From positions 310,001 to 374,000 of the forward strand of contig JBLDXI010000009.1 of the NCBI GenBank assembly GCA_047495785.1: a DNA stretch of 64,000 nucleotides. The letters run 5' to 3'. Every line of letters begins with the position of its first letter. Within the stretch, counting starts at the first letter, position 1. A model generated the notes under the pieces. That model saw only the letters and a program-made list of their open reading frames with translations. It searched no databases and was not told the DNA's origin. This document shows, in pieces, positions 1 through 12,594 of the stretch. Source of the stretch: Lepidodermella squamata. Taxonomy: Eukaryota > Animalia > Gastrotricha. Position numbers and translations under genes: made by a program.

Positions 1-335
1 TGATGGGCTTGCCCATGGAAAATTGTCACGAGCTTCTTTATGCCTGTTGGGCTGATGACCCTAATGACCGGCCCCGTTTCGCAGACATTATCACTTCTTT
101 GGAAAAGTTGTCTCCCCTATTGGCCTCAGCCGCGGCTGTTGGCATTTCCGGCGGTGGAATCGCGGCCAACTCGCACAGTCGGACGAACCGTTCACACCTC
201 GGCTCGTCTCATCGGTTCGCCCATCACCCTATCCGCTCACCCTCGCAGCCGCTTCGAGGCGGTTCCGCCCGCGGCCCTCGCGGGAATATTTATGGCATGG
301 AAACTCTCACCGTCGATGATCACTCGCAAAAATAA
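1..335 (+). CDS. KSR: 3' terminal exon of a Raf-family/TKL protein kinase, most like kinase suppressor of Ras (5' part outside window)
   Basis: Kinase subdomain XI 'LLYACWADDPNDRPRFADIITSLEKL' followed by 'RSPSQP', resembling the KSR C-terminal 'RSPSHP' motif. Confidence 0.6.
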   Translation, partial: MGLPMENCHELLYACWADDPNDRPRFADIITSLEKLSPLLASAAAVGISGGGIAANSHSRTNRSHLGSSHRFAHHPIRSPSQPLRGGSARGPRGNIYGMETLTVDDHSQK

Positions 336-1429
336 CAAAGAATGACCTATGATTTCCCCTCAAGGCATCGAATATTTGTATTCATATGAAATATACTTAT
401 TGTATGTGTGCGTTGTTAGCCAATGGATTCCATTGAATCGTTACGGGAAACATTGTTTTGTGTTCTCCGATGCTTATCCTGCTAATATAAATATTATTAA
501 TCGAGCTGGTATTACCACTGCTATCACAATAACTTATTCTTCTACGCTGCATTCTTTCGACGTCTCGCCTTTTTTGCTGCTAATTCGGCACAAAAACCCG
601 GCCTTCAGCTTCAAAGAAAAACTCGCTGCTTATTCCTACCAACACGAAACTGTTGTTTTCGCTGACTGACAACTGATGATACCTTGAACCAGTAATTACC
701 TATGTCTCTATCTTTTGTGCGAAAGTAACCCGCAAAACGTGCCATATCATAGGATCGAATCTTGTGGTTGTTGAACGATTATTTTCTCATTTTTATTCAC
801 TTGTCTGTATCGACTTGATGGAAAACATGCTTATTTAGTGCCACAAAACTACTTTATGTATGCTGATTCTTGTGCGACACCTGTGCTGATTCTTTGGGAC
901 GAATTTTCTCTTGAAGCGGTCCATCGCCGATGAAGTTGACGCTGCCTGATAACATCTACTAGCTGTTACTATGTTGTTATATATAAGTTTTGCTGATTCA
1001 ATTTTGTGATCCACTCATATTTTAGAATCCGAGAATATCTTTTTAGAGTATGTTCTGACTGCTGGTAGGCTTATTGTAATTTTATGTGCTTGACTTTTAC
1101 ATGAATATTTTATTTGTATCGGGTGATGGAGAAATTCCTAACGGTGGTGTTTTACCTAAACTCATAACTGCTTGAATCAATTTATCTGCCTGAAACAACG
1201 ATTTCCCAGTTAATTTAATATTAATCGGATTCAATAATATTTCCACAAGATTTTGGCTTATTTTGTTGTATGAAATGATATAACGATAAATTGTTGATAA
1301 TTTAACTGAAAGGGTTGAATAAAGTTCTAGAATGATAACAAGAATCGGAATTATCCATCACCATTTTATTCAAAAATAGCTTAGTTCATAGTGGTATAAA
1401 ACAGATGCAACACACCAAACGAGATGACA

Positions 1430-2751
1430 TTAATCAGTCGGTTTCAATTTGAGAGGTGAATAAGGTATTGGTAGAACTTGACCAGACGCTAAATGACTGT
1501 TGTCAAATTTTCGACAAATGTGGGAGCAGCCGACAAGGAAAGGGATCGAAGCTACCAGTATGATAGAGGTCATCAACAGGCGATAGCTGATCAGTCGACA
1601 TGTCTCCTGCATAAAATAAGGATTGGCAAATTATTATCGTAGTCAACGATATATTAGTGAAGTTAACGCACCGGAGCAAGGTAAGGCGAGTACTTATCAC
1701 CGTCGGATATGAATGTTGGAGAAGCCAATACGCCACCATCCTTGCATACGCGGCGCTCAGAGCCAGCACTTAATTCACCGAGAACACCATCTTTCACGAC
1801 GTGCGGAGCAATAATTGGCCGCAAAACCCTATAAGTAGTGTTTACATCAGCAAACATTTCGACCGGATCTTGATCGTTGAGACACTGTTCATGATGCCTA
1901 AAACGAAAGTTTGCGAGGGCGGTTATAGCGAAGCGCAATATCCTCACCCCTTTGTTGGAAGGAAAGTGCTCGAACCCGAAATGTGAACGCATGTTGATAG
2001 GGTAAAGTTACGACGCTCAGTAACATTAGAGTAGCATGAAAGCTCGAATTGATTTCGCGTCAAAATAAAGCCAACCCGCAAATCACGTGACCTTGACTCG
2101 GCTAGTAAAAAATTACGTTCTCCCAATTAAATTGTGCTCTTCCATAATCGGAAACTTACTTAATAAACCGATCATTTTTGGAGCAACCTCGAAAGAAAGC
2201 ACAAATATGGACGTGTTTTGTGAGCAAAACCTATAATAGTTGATTGGTAAAGGATTATATACATATGTAGTTGATCATTGAAATTCATGTTTACCAGTCA
2301 ATGTTATGCATTTCAAATCTGAGAAACAACGATATCGCTCTAGGAAAGAGAATATTTAGGTGAGCTATAGCCAAGAAAAACTAAATTACATGTGATCGGA
2401 ATCGTTCGTTAGAGCCGGCTTCAAAATAGCCAAATCTCGGAACTTTCCATCCAATGCTGATTTTTGATAACCTTTGCTATTACTGCCCAGACAAATTTCC
2501 AACCTGCGAAAATGATCTAAGAAGCTGTTCCAATCCTAATAAAGGATAAATGATAAATCTTGAACCGCACACCGTTCATTAATTATAGTTACCTTGACTT
2601 GCGGGTCTGGAATAGGAACGAACATGACGTAGTAGGAGAGACAACCGCAAGTGATAGCAATCAAGACCAAAGTTATGATGAAAACCACAAAAGGTGCGTC
2701 GTCAATAGCCCGATACGATCGTCTGTTAACTGGTTTCGACGAGGGCCACAT
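1430..2751 (-). CDS. TMEM248: TMEM248-like two-pass membrane protein (multi-exon)
   Basis: N-terminal TM 'PFVVFIITLVLIAITCGCLSYYV' is spliced to 'DWNSFLDHFRRLEICLG' (TMEM248 DWNTFLLRFNDLDLCV). It continues with 'TCVHISGSSTFLP' and ends 'LISYRLLMTSIILV' plus a TM. A 50-nt GT-AG intron near 1900-1947 joins the frames. Confidence 0.8.
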
Positions 2752-4006
2752 TCAAAAGGAAATTGAAGAAAATATCATCTATATCATCTAATTGGCGAAA
2801 TGTATTCGATCAGAATAGTCTTTATGATAATAATGACGGCTTTCCACATAGTTCTTTAAGAATAAATGCTGTAAGTGAACCCTACCACCGTCTACTGGCA
2901 GTGACAAAAAAATGGAGTGGAATGTCAAGAATGGCGACCACGAAATAGTGATCCAAATACTCAATTACCAATGGGTCCCTAATAGTTGTTACTTCCAACA
3001 CACGCCTCCCTCTTTGGCGGAAAACTTGGCTGAGACTGTTAACTGTAGCCAATATTTGATACTAGTTTAGAAGCAAAATTAAAGAGCTTGGATACCATTT
3101 TCCTCTATAGGCTCATCACGGTTAACGGCAGATTGAAATCGGTCTTGAAATCAGCAACGCAGTAACACACCGTATTACGAGGTATCCAATTCTCAATTAA
3201 AAGCTCCGAAGGCAGAATTCCCAAGTATTTATGAGTCCCTACTTAGTCCTGCTTATGCAGGAGCATGAGCACAACGTTAGAAAAGGATTAGAAACATTCA
3301 AGCCAAAGTTCCCCTTGACCGCTGTCATGCGACGATGATGGGTGAATGGATGGATGAATTGGCAAGCCCCAGTCACCAATCTCCGGTGACGCAACTGCTT
3401 CAGACTGAAAGAACCCGAGTCACCGTGATGCTGACGATGTTCCGCACGGGCCAAAGATGGATCCCGCCTTTACGCGGTAAATCTGAGAATCGACCTTGAG
3501 AAATTATTTGAATTAAAATTGCTACGCATAAAGATTCGAATAAATTTCCTCGAGTGGCACCCATATTGGGCCTTTAAATGCAGAAATGTTAATGACAAAG
3601 GCTTCAGGAGCTGGACTTTTTCCAGGGTATAGTTTTGCGGCTTTACGTTGAGAAACTTGATGCCGGCGAATCCCGTTAGGTCGTACCTGTTTACCCTTTT
3701 CGATTGCTGATGGAACTAATCTCATCCTCTGAATAAAACTTTTATCCATTTTTGTCCCCTTTATCGTAAAAACTTATATGGGTTTTTGGTTCTTGCTTCC
3801 TTGCACATCTGTGCATTATCAACTTTCCTCCCCCGCCCATTTTTCCCATTGGCTTCTAACTAGAAACAAAATCGTATGGCTTGCGTATCCTAATTTTACG
3901 GCTTTGTTAATCTAGCATGCAACTTCCGAACCGTCGACTATCTTGATCATTAGTTACGAGCCCTGAGGTTCTTGAACTGGAACCGAGCCCTGAGGGGTGG
4001 CGGAAT

Positions 4007-6335
4007 ATGGCGAAGCCCCACGGCTTGTCAACTCTCATTGAAGCTGCTCGATTTCTTGAAGTTGGCGAATCGCTATCCACCAATGGAGATGCCGCGAAAA
4101 GCTCGGAAGGTTCGAAATTCGTAAAATTATAATTTGTTGCATGTACGTTTGGTTACAGAGACATCATCACTTGAAGGTTCAGGTGTGCTGTCGGAAGGTG
4201 AAGCAAAGCTCAAGAGGGGCTGCTTGCGACGAGAACTGCAGGCTACGAATGAGTCTGGCTCTTTGAGATCTCGTTCCTGTCACAGTGAAGAAGTCAGGCA
4301 AGACCACAACCGAATGGAGAAAATGAGGTAATTAGAGGACTTTAAACATGATAATTTACGCACAAGTTTTTCTTGTAGACGTCGAGACATGCGAAAAGAA
4401 TTTGATGATTTGAAGAATCGAATTCCTTCTCTTCAAAAGGGCAAACACTCGAGCGTTGCAGTTCTAACGTCGGCAGTGGAATATATTGGAGTATGACACG
4501 ACTGTTGATTTCAATGCCATGTTTATAACGATATTTTTAGGAATTGAAAGAGCTCGAGAGCTCCCTTAAATCGAAGCATCAGTTTTTATCTGATAAGCAT
4601 CGATCATTAAGCGTGCAACTAGCAGCTTTGCAGCAAAACCATAGGCCGTGTTCATGCGTGAGACAGGAAACGACTGAAAAGTGCGAAACATCGCTGCCTA
4701 GTGAAACGCAAATGATCGACACTGACACAGAGCCTGATATTTGCAAAAGAAGAAGAACCGAATCTGACTCTTCCACCATTTCGGCTGATTCTCCCAAGGC
4801 TTTTATTGGGAACCGTGATGGTGATGTCTCGAATCAAGGTGACGAGAAATTCATCGCATTGTGCGAAAAAAGATGCCGCAGCAGTAAATTTTGAATGTAT
4901 TTTTCGCAGCACTGCTGCTAACTGCTTCCTTTACAGATGATTTGTGCTTATCGCCACCGCTATCTACTTCGAATGCTTCTTCATCCTCGTGCCTAACGGT
5001 TTCCACTTCAGCTCAGCCACATCAGACTCCCAGCAATCACATTTCTCCCAACTCTGAAACGACTTCTTCTTTGGTCGAATCTGGACTTATGTCGCCACCA
5101 GAAAGTGTGGCCAGCTGTGCTTCAGGAATGTCCACTCGTACTAAAACTATCAGCACAAGCAGCAACGCCACTGATTTTTCGAGTCCATCTTTACCAGCGA
5201 AAGACGCCGAGGAAACCATTAATCAACAGCATATCGAGACGACACCAAAGGCACCACACTTAGTAATGCCTTCCAAGGGCCTACTATTCAGGTCACCAAA
5301 GGCTGATACGCCTGTCATTGCATCGTCATTCCAGCCACCAAAAAAGTTGAACGTGACCAATTCCGCTACTCCGGTGCCAACCATTGGCGAAAAAGCAGCG
5401 TCGAAAGGTGAGAAAACGACCCCTGTCTCCCGCCCATCCATTGTCGTTGGTAAGCAATTGGCTGCCACGTTCGCAAGTGAGCGACAGGGTGGGATGAAGC
5501 GCAAGGCGACAAGTCAATTAATCAATGACAGCTCGAAAATGATGCGACAGCAGATGTTAACAGCGCCGAGCATAAACCTGTCTACTGTTTCCCATCATCA
5601 GAGCGCACCCGCTCGACCTCAACCGATTCAGGCTAGATTGCGACCCATTTCAGGACCCACTCCTGCCGATCGTGTCGTGGCAATCACAAAAAAGGCAGAG
5701 AATCAGCCTTCCGAACGTCCAGCGGGCCGATTTTGCGTCGTAACATGTGGCACCACAACGGCTACGGTGACTCCAATCACGATAGTGACAGCCCCCGTCG
5801 AGCCCACCAAGGTTGTGTTTCTGCAGCCAGTCGAGGCGACGAAATTGTGCCAACCCGTTGTTCTCCTCCCTGCTGGCAACGGTGCAAAGCAGATCGGGTT
5901 TTCGCCTAATAAAGCCATTCGACTCATTCCTGCTAACCAATTCGGTACGCGTTTAGTTTCTCTTAATATTACTGTGGGACTTCATATGGTTCTTAATGGC
6001 TAAAGTTTTGTTTTGTGTTTTTTTCATCAGGCCAAGCACCACCTGCGCAAATAGTGCGGAGGACTATCGTACCGGTCTCAACCCTGGTGCCCAGTGGCGG
6101 CTCTGTGCGTGAATCTCAAGCGCCGCGTCGGTCCAATGGAAGCCCGCCTCAAATTTTGGTTCTAAACCCTAATCGCGAAGCATCATCGGCTGGTTCGATC
6201 GGCAAACATGCGTACCCATCGACGCCGACCGCTGCAACAAGCAATGCGACAATAACGGTTCTGTCGCCGCCAGCTACACCGAACGGTGTTTTTTACGCGT
6301 CTTCTGCTGCCAGCAACGGACAATCACAGGCGTGA
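4007..6335 (+). CDS. MNT: Max-interacting bHLH-Zip repressor, MNT/MXD family
   Basis: N-terminal Sin3-interaction domain 'LSTLIEAARFLE' (MNT: ETLLEAARFLE). Spliced bHLH-Zip 'RQDHNRMEKMR|RRDMRKEFDDLKNRIP...VLTSAVEYIG|ELKELE...L', then a long S/P/T-rich tail typical of MNT. Confidence 0.8.
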
Positions 6336-7164
6336 AGGCGTCGTTCACATCTGCGTATTTACTTGTCGAGTATTACCGTCACGTATCGTTCAATTTGGTA
6401 TTTGTCGGTGCATCGTCGTGAAGCCGTCTCGACTCGGTTGACTACTTGTTGTTCTCTCGCTGCTGTAACGTGGCACATCTGCAACACATTTTACTTCTCC
6501 TGACGCAATAATAATAATAATGTTAATTATTTGATATGTTACTGCTATGAAACTGAAATCTGAATTCCGCATGATGTAAATACAAATTTCTTATGCTAAT
6601 AATGTATAAAACGATACGCGCGCATTACTACTAATCACTAATATTGATACGTAATATTTAATTTTGGATATTTTTTCATGTTACATCACGCGCTGTTTTT
6701 AGCATAAACGATTATTATCGCTGATGACACTTGCTTGAGCACGCAACGGTGTCACACTTGCCTTGATGTGCGCGATGAGTTACTAGTTGTTGCCGCCGAA
6801 TTTCATGATTCCTTCGTCCCTTGTTCTTATCACTAAGTTTTAAACTTGCGAAACTCAATACGGTTGTTTTATCTGATTGAAATGAGCGAAAACGAAAGCT
6901 CGACAAGCGTTGTGTATCTACTGGAAACTGTCACGTAAGAGGATTCCGGGGCGCTTCTTGGTTGATCATCACATGCTAATTCTTTTCTCACCCGATGTCC
7001 TGATGATAGTATTCCATTCAAAGCGTCATTTTTTTTGCGCATCGGTTGAAACTAGAGCGAAACGAGGAATGTAACGCCGTAAAAAATACCCTGTGCACAA
7101 TTCGAGTTTTTTAGGCGTTGTGTAGTTTTTACTTGATTACAGTAGAGTTCTAACAATGCTATAT

Positions 7165-7212
7165 AATATTAATATTATTATTACTATTATTATGATTATT
7201 ATTATAATTATT
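7165..7212. repeat. imperfect (ATT)n microsatellite
   Basis: Visible attattatt run. Confidence 0.8.
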
Positions 7213-7693
7213 GAAAAAGTGAATCCTTGATATGCTATTATTTTGTCGTCTTGCGATTGTGCCTCAAATTTGGTATGAAAGAGTAAATGATAATGATTCG
7301 ACATGATTTTCGTTTTTACGACGTTGTTCGTCCTGCTGTGACTGATCGCTTTGTTTCTGTTTTGGTTTTGTCTCATCTTGCAAAATATTGCATTTTCTCC
7401 CCTGCCATTTGTCGACTGGAAAATTCGCGCCGGGTACTGCGCAGCATGTAACACCTATTTTGTTCGATTTTGCATGATGAATGATGAGTTGAATGCTATT
7501 TAGCGCCGCTTTAAAGACTGCGGTCGAGTGGCATCGTTAAACTAGAGAGTTATTTACGGATGAGCGTGTGCCATATGAGGAGTGCAAAACACCCTGACGA
7601 TCAGATTGAACAATTGAACGATGATGACGAGAAAGAATGATTTCTCATTTTCATGAAAACTAAGCGTCTTGGTTTTTTTTAGGAATTTTTAAT

Positions 7694-8557
7694 ATGGCTA
7701 ATAATCAGCCTCGAATTTTGAATCCGGAATGTGTTCGTCGGCTGGTCTCCACTAAATCGTCAGCTAATGCTGATTGCGCCGGATGGCTAGTGCGGGTTCG
7801 GCCTGCTGCCCGAGGCGCTGTTCCAAGTATGGAATGCTGCTGGTTCGTTTTGCGTGGAAATCTGCTATTCTTCTGCGACGATCCAGAGTCTGGACCTAAA
7901 GGCCTGGTTATTCTCGAGAAGCATTGCGTTGAACTGTTTGACAACTTCGAAGAGTATGAATCAGCATTTCTAGCTCCGGCAGAGAGCGCTTTGTCGAAAA
8001 CTTCCCCCAAGAAAGTCAACGAGTCCATATCGTCCCTGAAAGACTACTTCGCCTTTTTGAATCTCACAACTCATGCAGGCATGTTTATTTGAAATTATTT
8101 CTATCTATAAGTGATGGTGTTTGGCATTGCAGGTGACCATGTAAAGAAAGACAAGAAAATGCTATTGTCAGACATATCCCTAGCGGCGAGTGCTATGCAA
8201 TACGCTTTCCGGATTTTCTTCCTCGAATCGCCTACTCAGGAGCCTTTTGTTTTCATCGCGGATAGCGACCATTCGCTTCAAATGTGAGCAACCTTATTTT
8301 GACACGAATTGTTTGAATTGACATTCAACTTTTTAAGGTGGATGCGAGCGTTGGCATTGGCGTCGCACGAAGCTCGGCAAATTCTCGCTTCATCTCAACA
8401 GGTGGTGCTGGATGATGCTGTCGATAGCGCAGGGAAATCAGGGGCATCGGTTTCATCGAAACAGTCCTTTGCGCAAATTCACGACACCATCCGTGCCATA
8501 GTCCTCGAAAAAAGCCACGCGACGTCTGGTCAACTTCCTATAGCTTCTTCCTCGTGA
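7694..8557 (+). CDS. PHETA: Sesquipedalian/IPIP27 (FAM109/PHETA) PH-domain endocytic adaptor, 3 exons
   Basis: PH domain 'AGWL...WFVLRGNLLFF...PKGLVILEKHCVEL...YAFRIFF...FVFIADS...WMRALALAS' and a C-terminal F&H motif 'FAQIH' (OCRL-binding). Confidence 0.85.
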
Positions 8558-9115
8558 CATATGTGATATCTTAAAAAAATTTAACCATTCCTTCGATCAT
8601 TATGCATATTGTTGGGTAAATCTCATTGTGCAATTATGAACTACTGCAACATGAATGTTCAAATTTTATCAATTTATTTGCGAATCGATGCAGCATATTA
8701 GTCGTTCTATATATGTGATCTTGAATGGTAATCGGATTAGTCGGGTGTTTTGCTTCAAGCATGCTTCTTTCTCTAACGTATTCTCGTTTTAAAGACACCA
8801 TAAAGCTTTGCTGTCTTGTTATTAAAGTTTAATAAATGTATCATAAATCAATGGTTTCGTGGAAAAGCTAATAAAAGATGCAAATAGCGCTTCAAAAGTT
8901 TCTTAAAATCAATGTTATTTCACGAAAAAGACAAGAAAGACGGGCTTTATAGAACAAAATTCGTAAAAATTAATATCTGACTGCCGAAGTTGTTTCTGTG
9001 GCTTTTGATAACTGAAGACCAGTAGACGGCATTGACGGTAATCGGTGATCATGACGGGACAAACAAAATTTGTAAGCTGTTAATCGAACTGTACAAGCGT
9101 ATTCTCGCAATCAAT

Positions 9116-9985
9116 CTAAGCCGTGTGCAAAGTAGCGTGGGTGTGCGCCTGCGGAGCCTTCTCCTTCGGCTTCAGCAAAATTGCTTGGATGTCGTTGTTC
9201 TGATATTATAAGTTACAGTTACATCAAGTTGAATGAAGATTCATTACACTGGAACTTACGCGATGGAAGCAAAGGAAAACGTTCCAAACAACTGTCGCCA
9301 TGGACACGTAGGCGACGCGATACTTTGCTGGGACATACTTGAAGTTGATGGCTTGAGCAGGAACCCAGAAAACGATGTCCGATAGGTACAGGAACAGGTA
9401 TTTAGCACTCATCTCGTTGGCGCACTGCTCAGGCGTCTTGCCTTCAAAGAAACCACAGGTCATAAAAAAGCCAGCGTTCGTCAAATTCGAAGCGACTATT
9501 TGGTCGAGCAGCACCTTGAGGGCTACAATTTTCCCGGTGGTCCCATGAAGGCGTCCGTCAAGCACGGCATACCAGTAATGATTGAGCGTGCCAATAATAA
9601 CACCAGACTTGAATACGCAACCAAGTTTATGAAGCAAGCCGTTATCCTCTGAACTGTCAGACTGCTGAACCAAAGCTTTCGATTCGGCAGCCTGCTGCTG
9701 CTTTACGTTATGCGGATGCTGATGGTGATGATGAACGAAGTGATCAGGCAGCGGCACTTGGACCGCCGCCTTGCTGTTAAAAGCCAAGCTATCGTGATGT
9801 TGGGTACGGTGGACGGGGTGATGTCTTGGCTTTTCGTTCAGCTTTCGTTCAAGCTGAATCGCTAAATAGTCGCCGACGGTCAGGAAGCCTGCGAACATTA
9901 CGCTGTTGGTTATCAGAGGCCTGCCTGATTCCTTCATCCATCTCGCAGCTGAGACGGCGTATTTCCGCATTAAATTTTGATACAT
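9116..9985 (-). CDS. Mpv17/PMP22-family membrane protein (MPV17L2-like), 2 exons
   Basis: 'RPLITN...GDYLAIQLE', 'HYWYAVLD', 'KVLLDQIVAS', 'WVPAQAINFKYVPAKYRVAYVSMATVVWNVFLC'. Short last exon at 9116-9202. Confidence 0.9.
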
Positions 9986-11953
9986 TATTACTGTTTTCAG
10001 GCTGAGGATCCAATGGATTATAGATCTGTAACGATATTTCATCGGAAAAATTAGAAACCTGCGCTTCAAAATGCTCCAATACTTACCGTTACACTAGTCG
10101 AAGGGCGAAATTCGTAGAAGTCAGAATTGTTTTGGAATCCTTGCATCGACCCGAATGCAAAGTTCTGTGTAAATTTAGCTGATTTAAAAGTTGTTGGGTA
10201 TCCGAAGATGTTGAGTTAGCGTTCTGCGAACGTCGAAGACTCGGAAATGTGAAACTGTCAAATAACAAACGATTATTCGTGAATAAACGAAAGCGGGGTT
10301 TTATAGGCAGTAGAACAATAAAGATAACAACAGCCGATTATTAATGACAAGAAAATGACCGATAAGACTATCATTATCTCTCCTTACATCATGGTTGCTA
10401 AGTCGGCGAAAATTCGCGAAGCGTCAAGAATTCATATCGCTTGCTGTCCTCTTATCAATCAAAGTTGTCGCATGCTTGACTATAGCAAAACCAGCCTTCT
10501 CATATAATATAGTGGTTAGAACGGACTTGGCAAAGTCACGCGGTAAGGCCTAGGTTAGGACAAAATGACGTGCTGGGGCGTCGAGATAAACGCTTTGGCG
10601 CAATAACAGTTGCAACTATGAAACAAGAATGCACTCACGAGAATTGCGGGGCGTTTGACAGTAACGCCCCACTGACCTTTCCAAGGAGCCGCTCCTCGTC
10701 CTCTTTCAGGGAATTATTTTTGTTATCTCTCGTTTCAGACGGTGTGGCAGACGCGTAGACTCGTCATGCCTAAACAAATAATTCAACTGCCAGAGAGCAC
10801 TACATTAACACCTAATATGAATCAAAAGAAATTTATAAGTAAAAAGTGGCAAAATTTCCATATATCTGGCAATATTTCCGAAAAAATGAGAATGATTTTC
10901 GTGAGTTGATTTTCACTTTTTGGCTGGGATTTTTCTCTGTGCAATGTGGTTAGTATTTTATTATTGCGAATGAAAGCAAAAAACAGGGAGAACTAGAAGG
11001 TCCAAACCACATGGCGCATTATACCTGCATTATCATGAAAAAATCAGCGCACCAGTAAAAATAGTGTATTGCATTATTCTATAGTTAACTGTAGTACTGA
11101 TCTAACAATGGATGAAGTCATAACCCCGCCAGTTTTTTCCTGGTAGGTGCGTATACGGTGCGGTCTCTGACGTCAATGGCTTGCAAGCTTCTTCTTCTAA
11201 GTGAATATCAGCAGCCATCATTCATCTTTGCATACCAGCCTGCCCTGTGAAAATTGAATGCTTCATTTATTTTACGCATTATCACGGTGCAACACTAAAA
11301 ATTGATGAAACATGCTAACGGAGAGTGAATATCATTCGAACCTGGTCTCGCTTACGTCAGAACGTCAAACAGAGAATTACATAAGTTCCACCAAACCTGT
11401 ATGAAGCAATGCACACAGCCAATGAACATCGCGAAAATTAAATACGGTACTTGCGACTTGCGAATTAGCAGAAGTAATTAAAAATGATCCTGTCGATAAT
11501 GACGCGTGGAGAGAATAGCGAGTGCGCTTCGAATAACGCAAATTAGTGGTAGGTCACTTTCTGTGACTCACCATTTTCATCAGTTTCGGACAGGAATTTC
11601 CAAGGATTTCTGTGCATTCCGCTAAATCATACAGTCAGAAGTTGTCGAGTGGAAGCAAGCAGGTGTTCCAGCAGTTTATCGTCGCCCGTCCTTTTCTCGT
11701 GCCAACACCCTCGCGAATCGCCAACGCATCGCGATAAAAATGCTCTTTAATTGTTAACCTCAATCGCACTTCAGACAATTTTTTATCGGTTATCACGAAA
11801 TATTGCTCGCGTTAGTCACTCAATCGTTGTTTGATATAACACGAAGTGGGTTGAACCTGAGCCATCATGTGGGCTATATGCCGAATGCACTCATTCTTCA
11901 ATTTCCATTCGGAAACATTTTACAGTTACATTCAATCTTCAATCTTTGCTAGG

Positions 11954-12409
11954 ATGAAAGGCATTATTGCTCTCGTTGGTTTTATTTCAGCAATTTTAAT
12001 CATCTCCAGCGCCGATGGTCGATTAATATGCCCGACTCCAGAATTTACCGATAAATCAACACATACAAGGTCTGGAAAAACCTTCATTCAGTGGCTTTGC
12101 AAGTTGGCTTCCGATGAAGAAAATCGCACCGAAACCAATGATGTCGAAGACGGGGCTTCGAATTTTGAGGCGCTGATATACCGCCACGCAAATCCATCGA
12201 AACGAATGGTCAGTTCGACCTGGAGAAGCGCAGTGTCAGCGCCATCGGAGCACATAGTTGTGAGCAGCAACAGCATAGCTCGAAAGCACAGAAGTGAAGC
12301 CGAATCAGTCGGAACTTGCGAGAAACGAGTGGTTCGCGGCGAAATTAGAACCTGTTGCGTCAAACGAAAGCGGGCCCCTAACACAGTCGCATATTGGTCA
12401 TGCGCATGA
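11954..12409 (+). CDS. Secreted Cys-containing prepropeptide, possibly a divergent insulin/relaxin-like peptide
   Basis: Signal peptide MKGIIALVGFISAILIISSADG, six Cys including a CC pair near the C-terminus, and dibasic KR/RK sites. Intronless 151 aa. Confidence 0.6.
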   Translation: MKGIIALVGFISAILIISSADGRLICPTPEFTDKSTHTRSGKTFIQWLCKLASDEENRTETNDVEDGASNFEALIYRHANPSKRMVSSTWRSAVSAPSEHIVVSSNSIARKHRSEAESVGTCEKRVVRGEIRTCCVKRKRAPNTVAYWSCA

Positions 12410-12594
12410 AATTGCTTAAAATTCCAAATGGTTTCACATTCCTTTCATTCGATCTTCTGGCACATTGTCATCCAATAAAGAAAACAGCATAAAATAGATG
12501 AAATAAAAAAATTATGTAAAATCACTGAATTTGGCGATACATTTAATTGGCCTCACGTAAGGATTTGAGTAGGCATTGTTCAGCAAAAAAATAG

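Noticed and set aside
2800-3749. Short minus-strand ORFs between TMEM248 and MNT
   Set aside because: Coding-like composition, but I could not build a phase-consistent spliced model or recognise a family; may be UTR, pseudogene or an unresolved gene.
10497-10560. tRNA-Asp-like pieces (TATAGTGGTTAG ... GTCACGCGG)
   Set aside because: No T-loop GTTCRA/B-box and no acceptor-stem pairing; not a tRNA.
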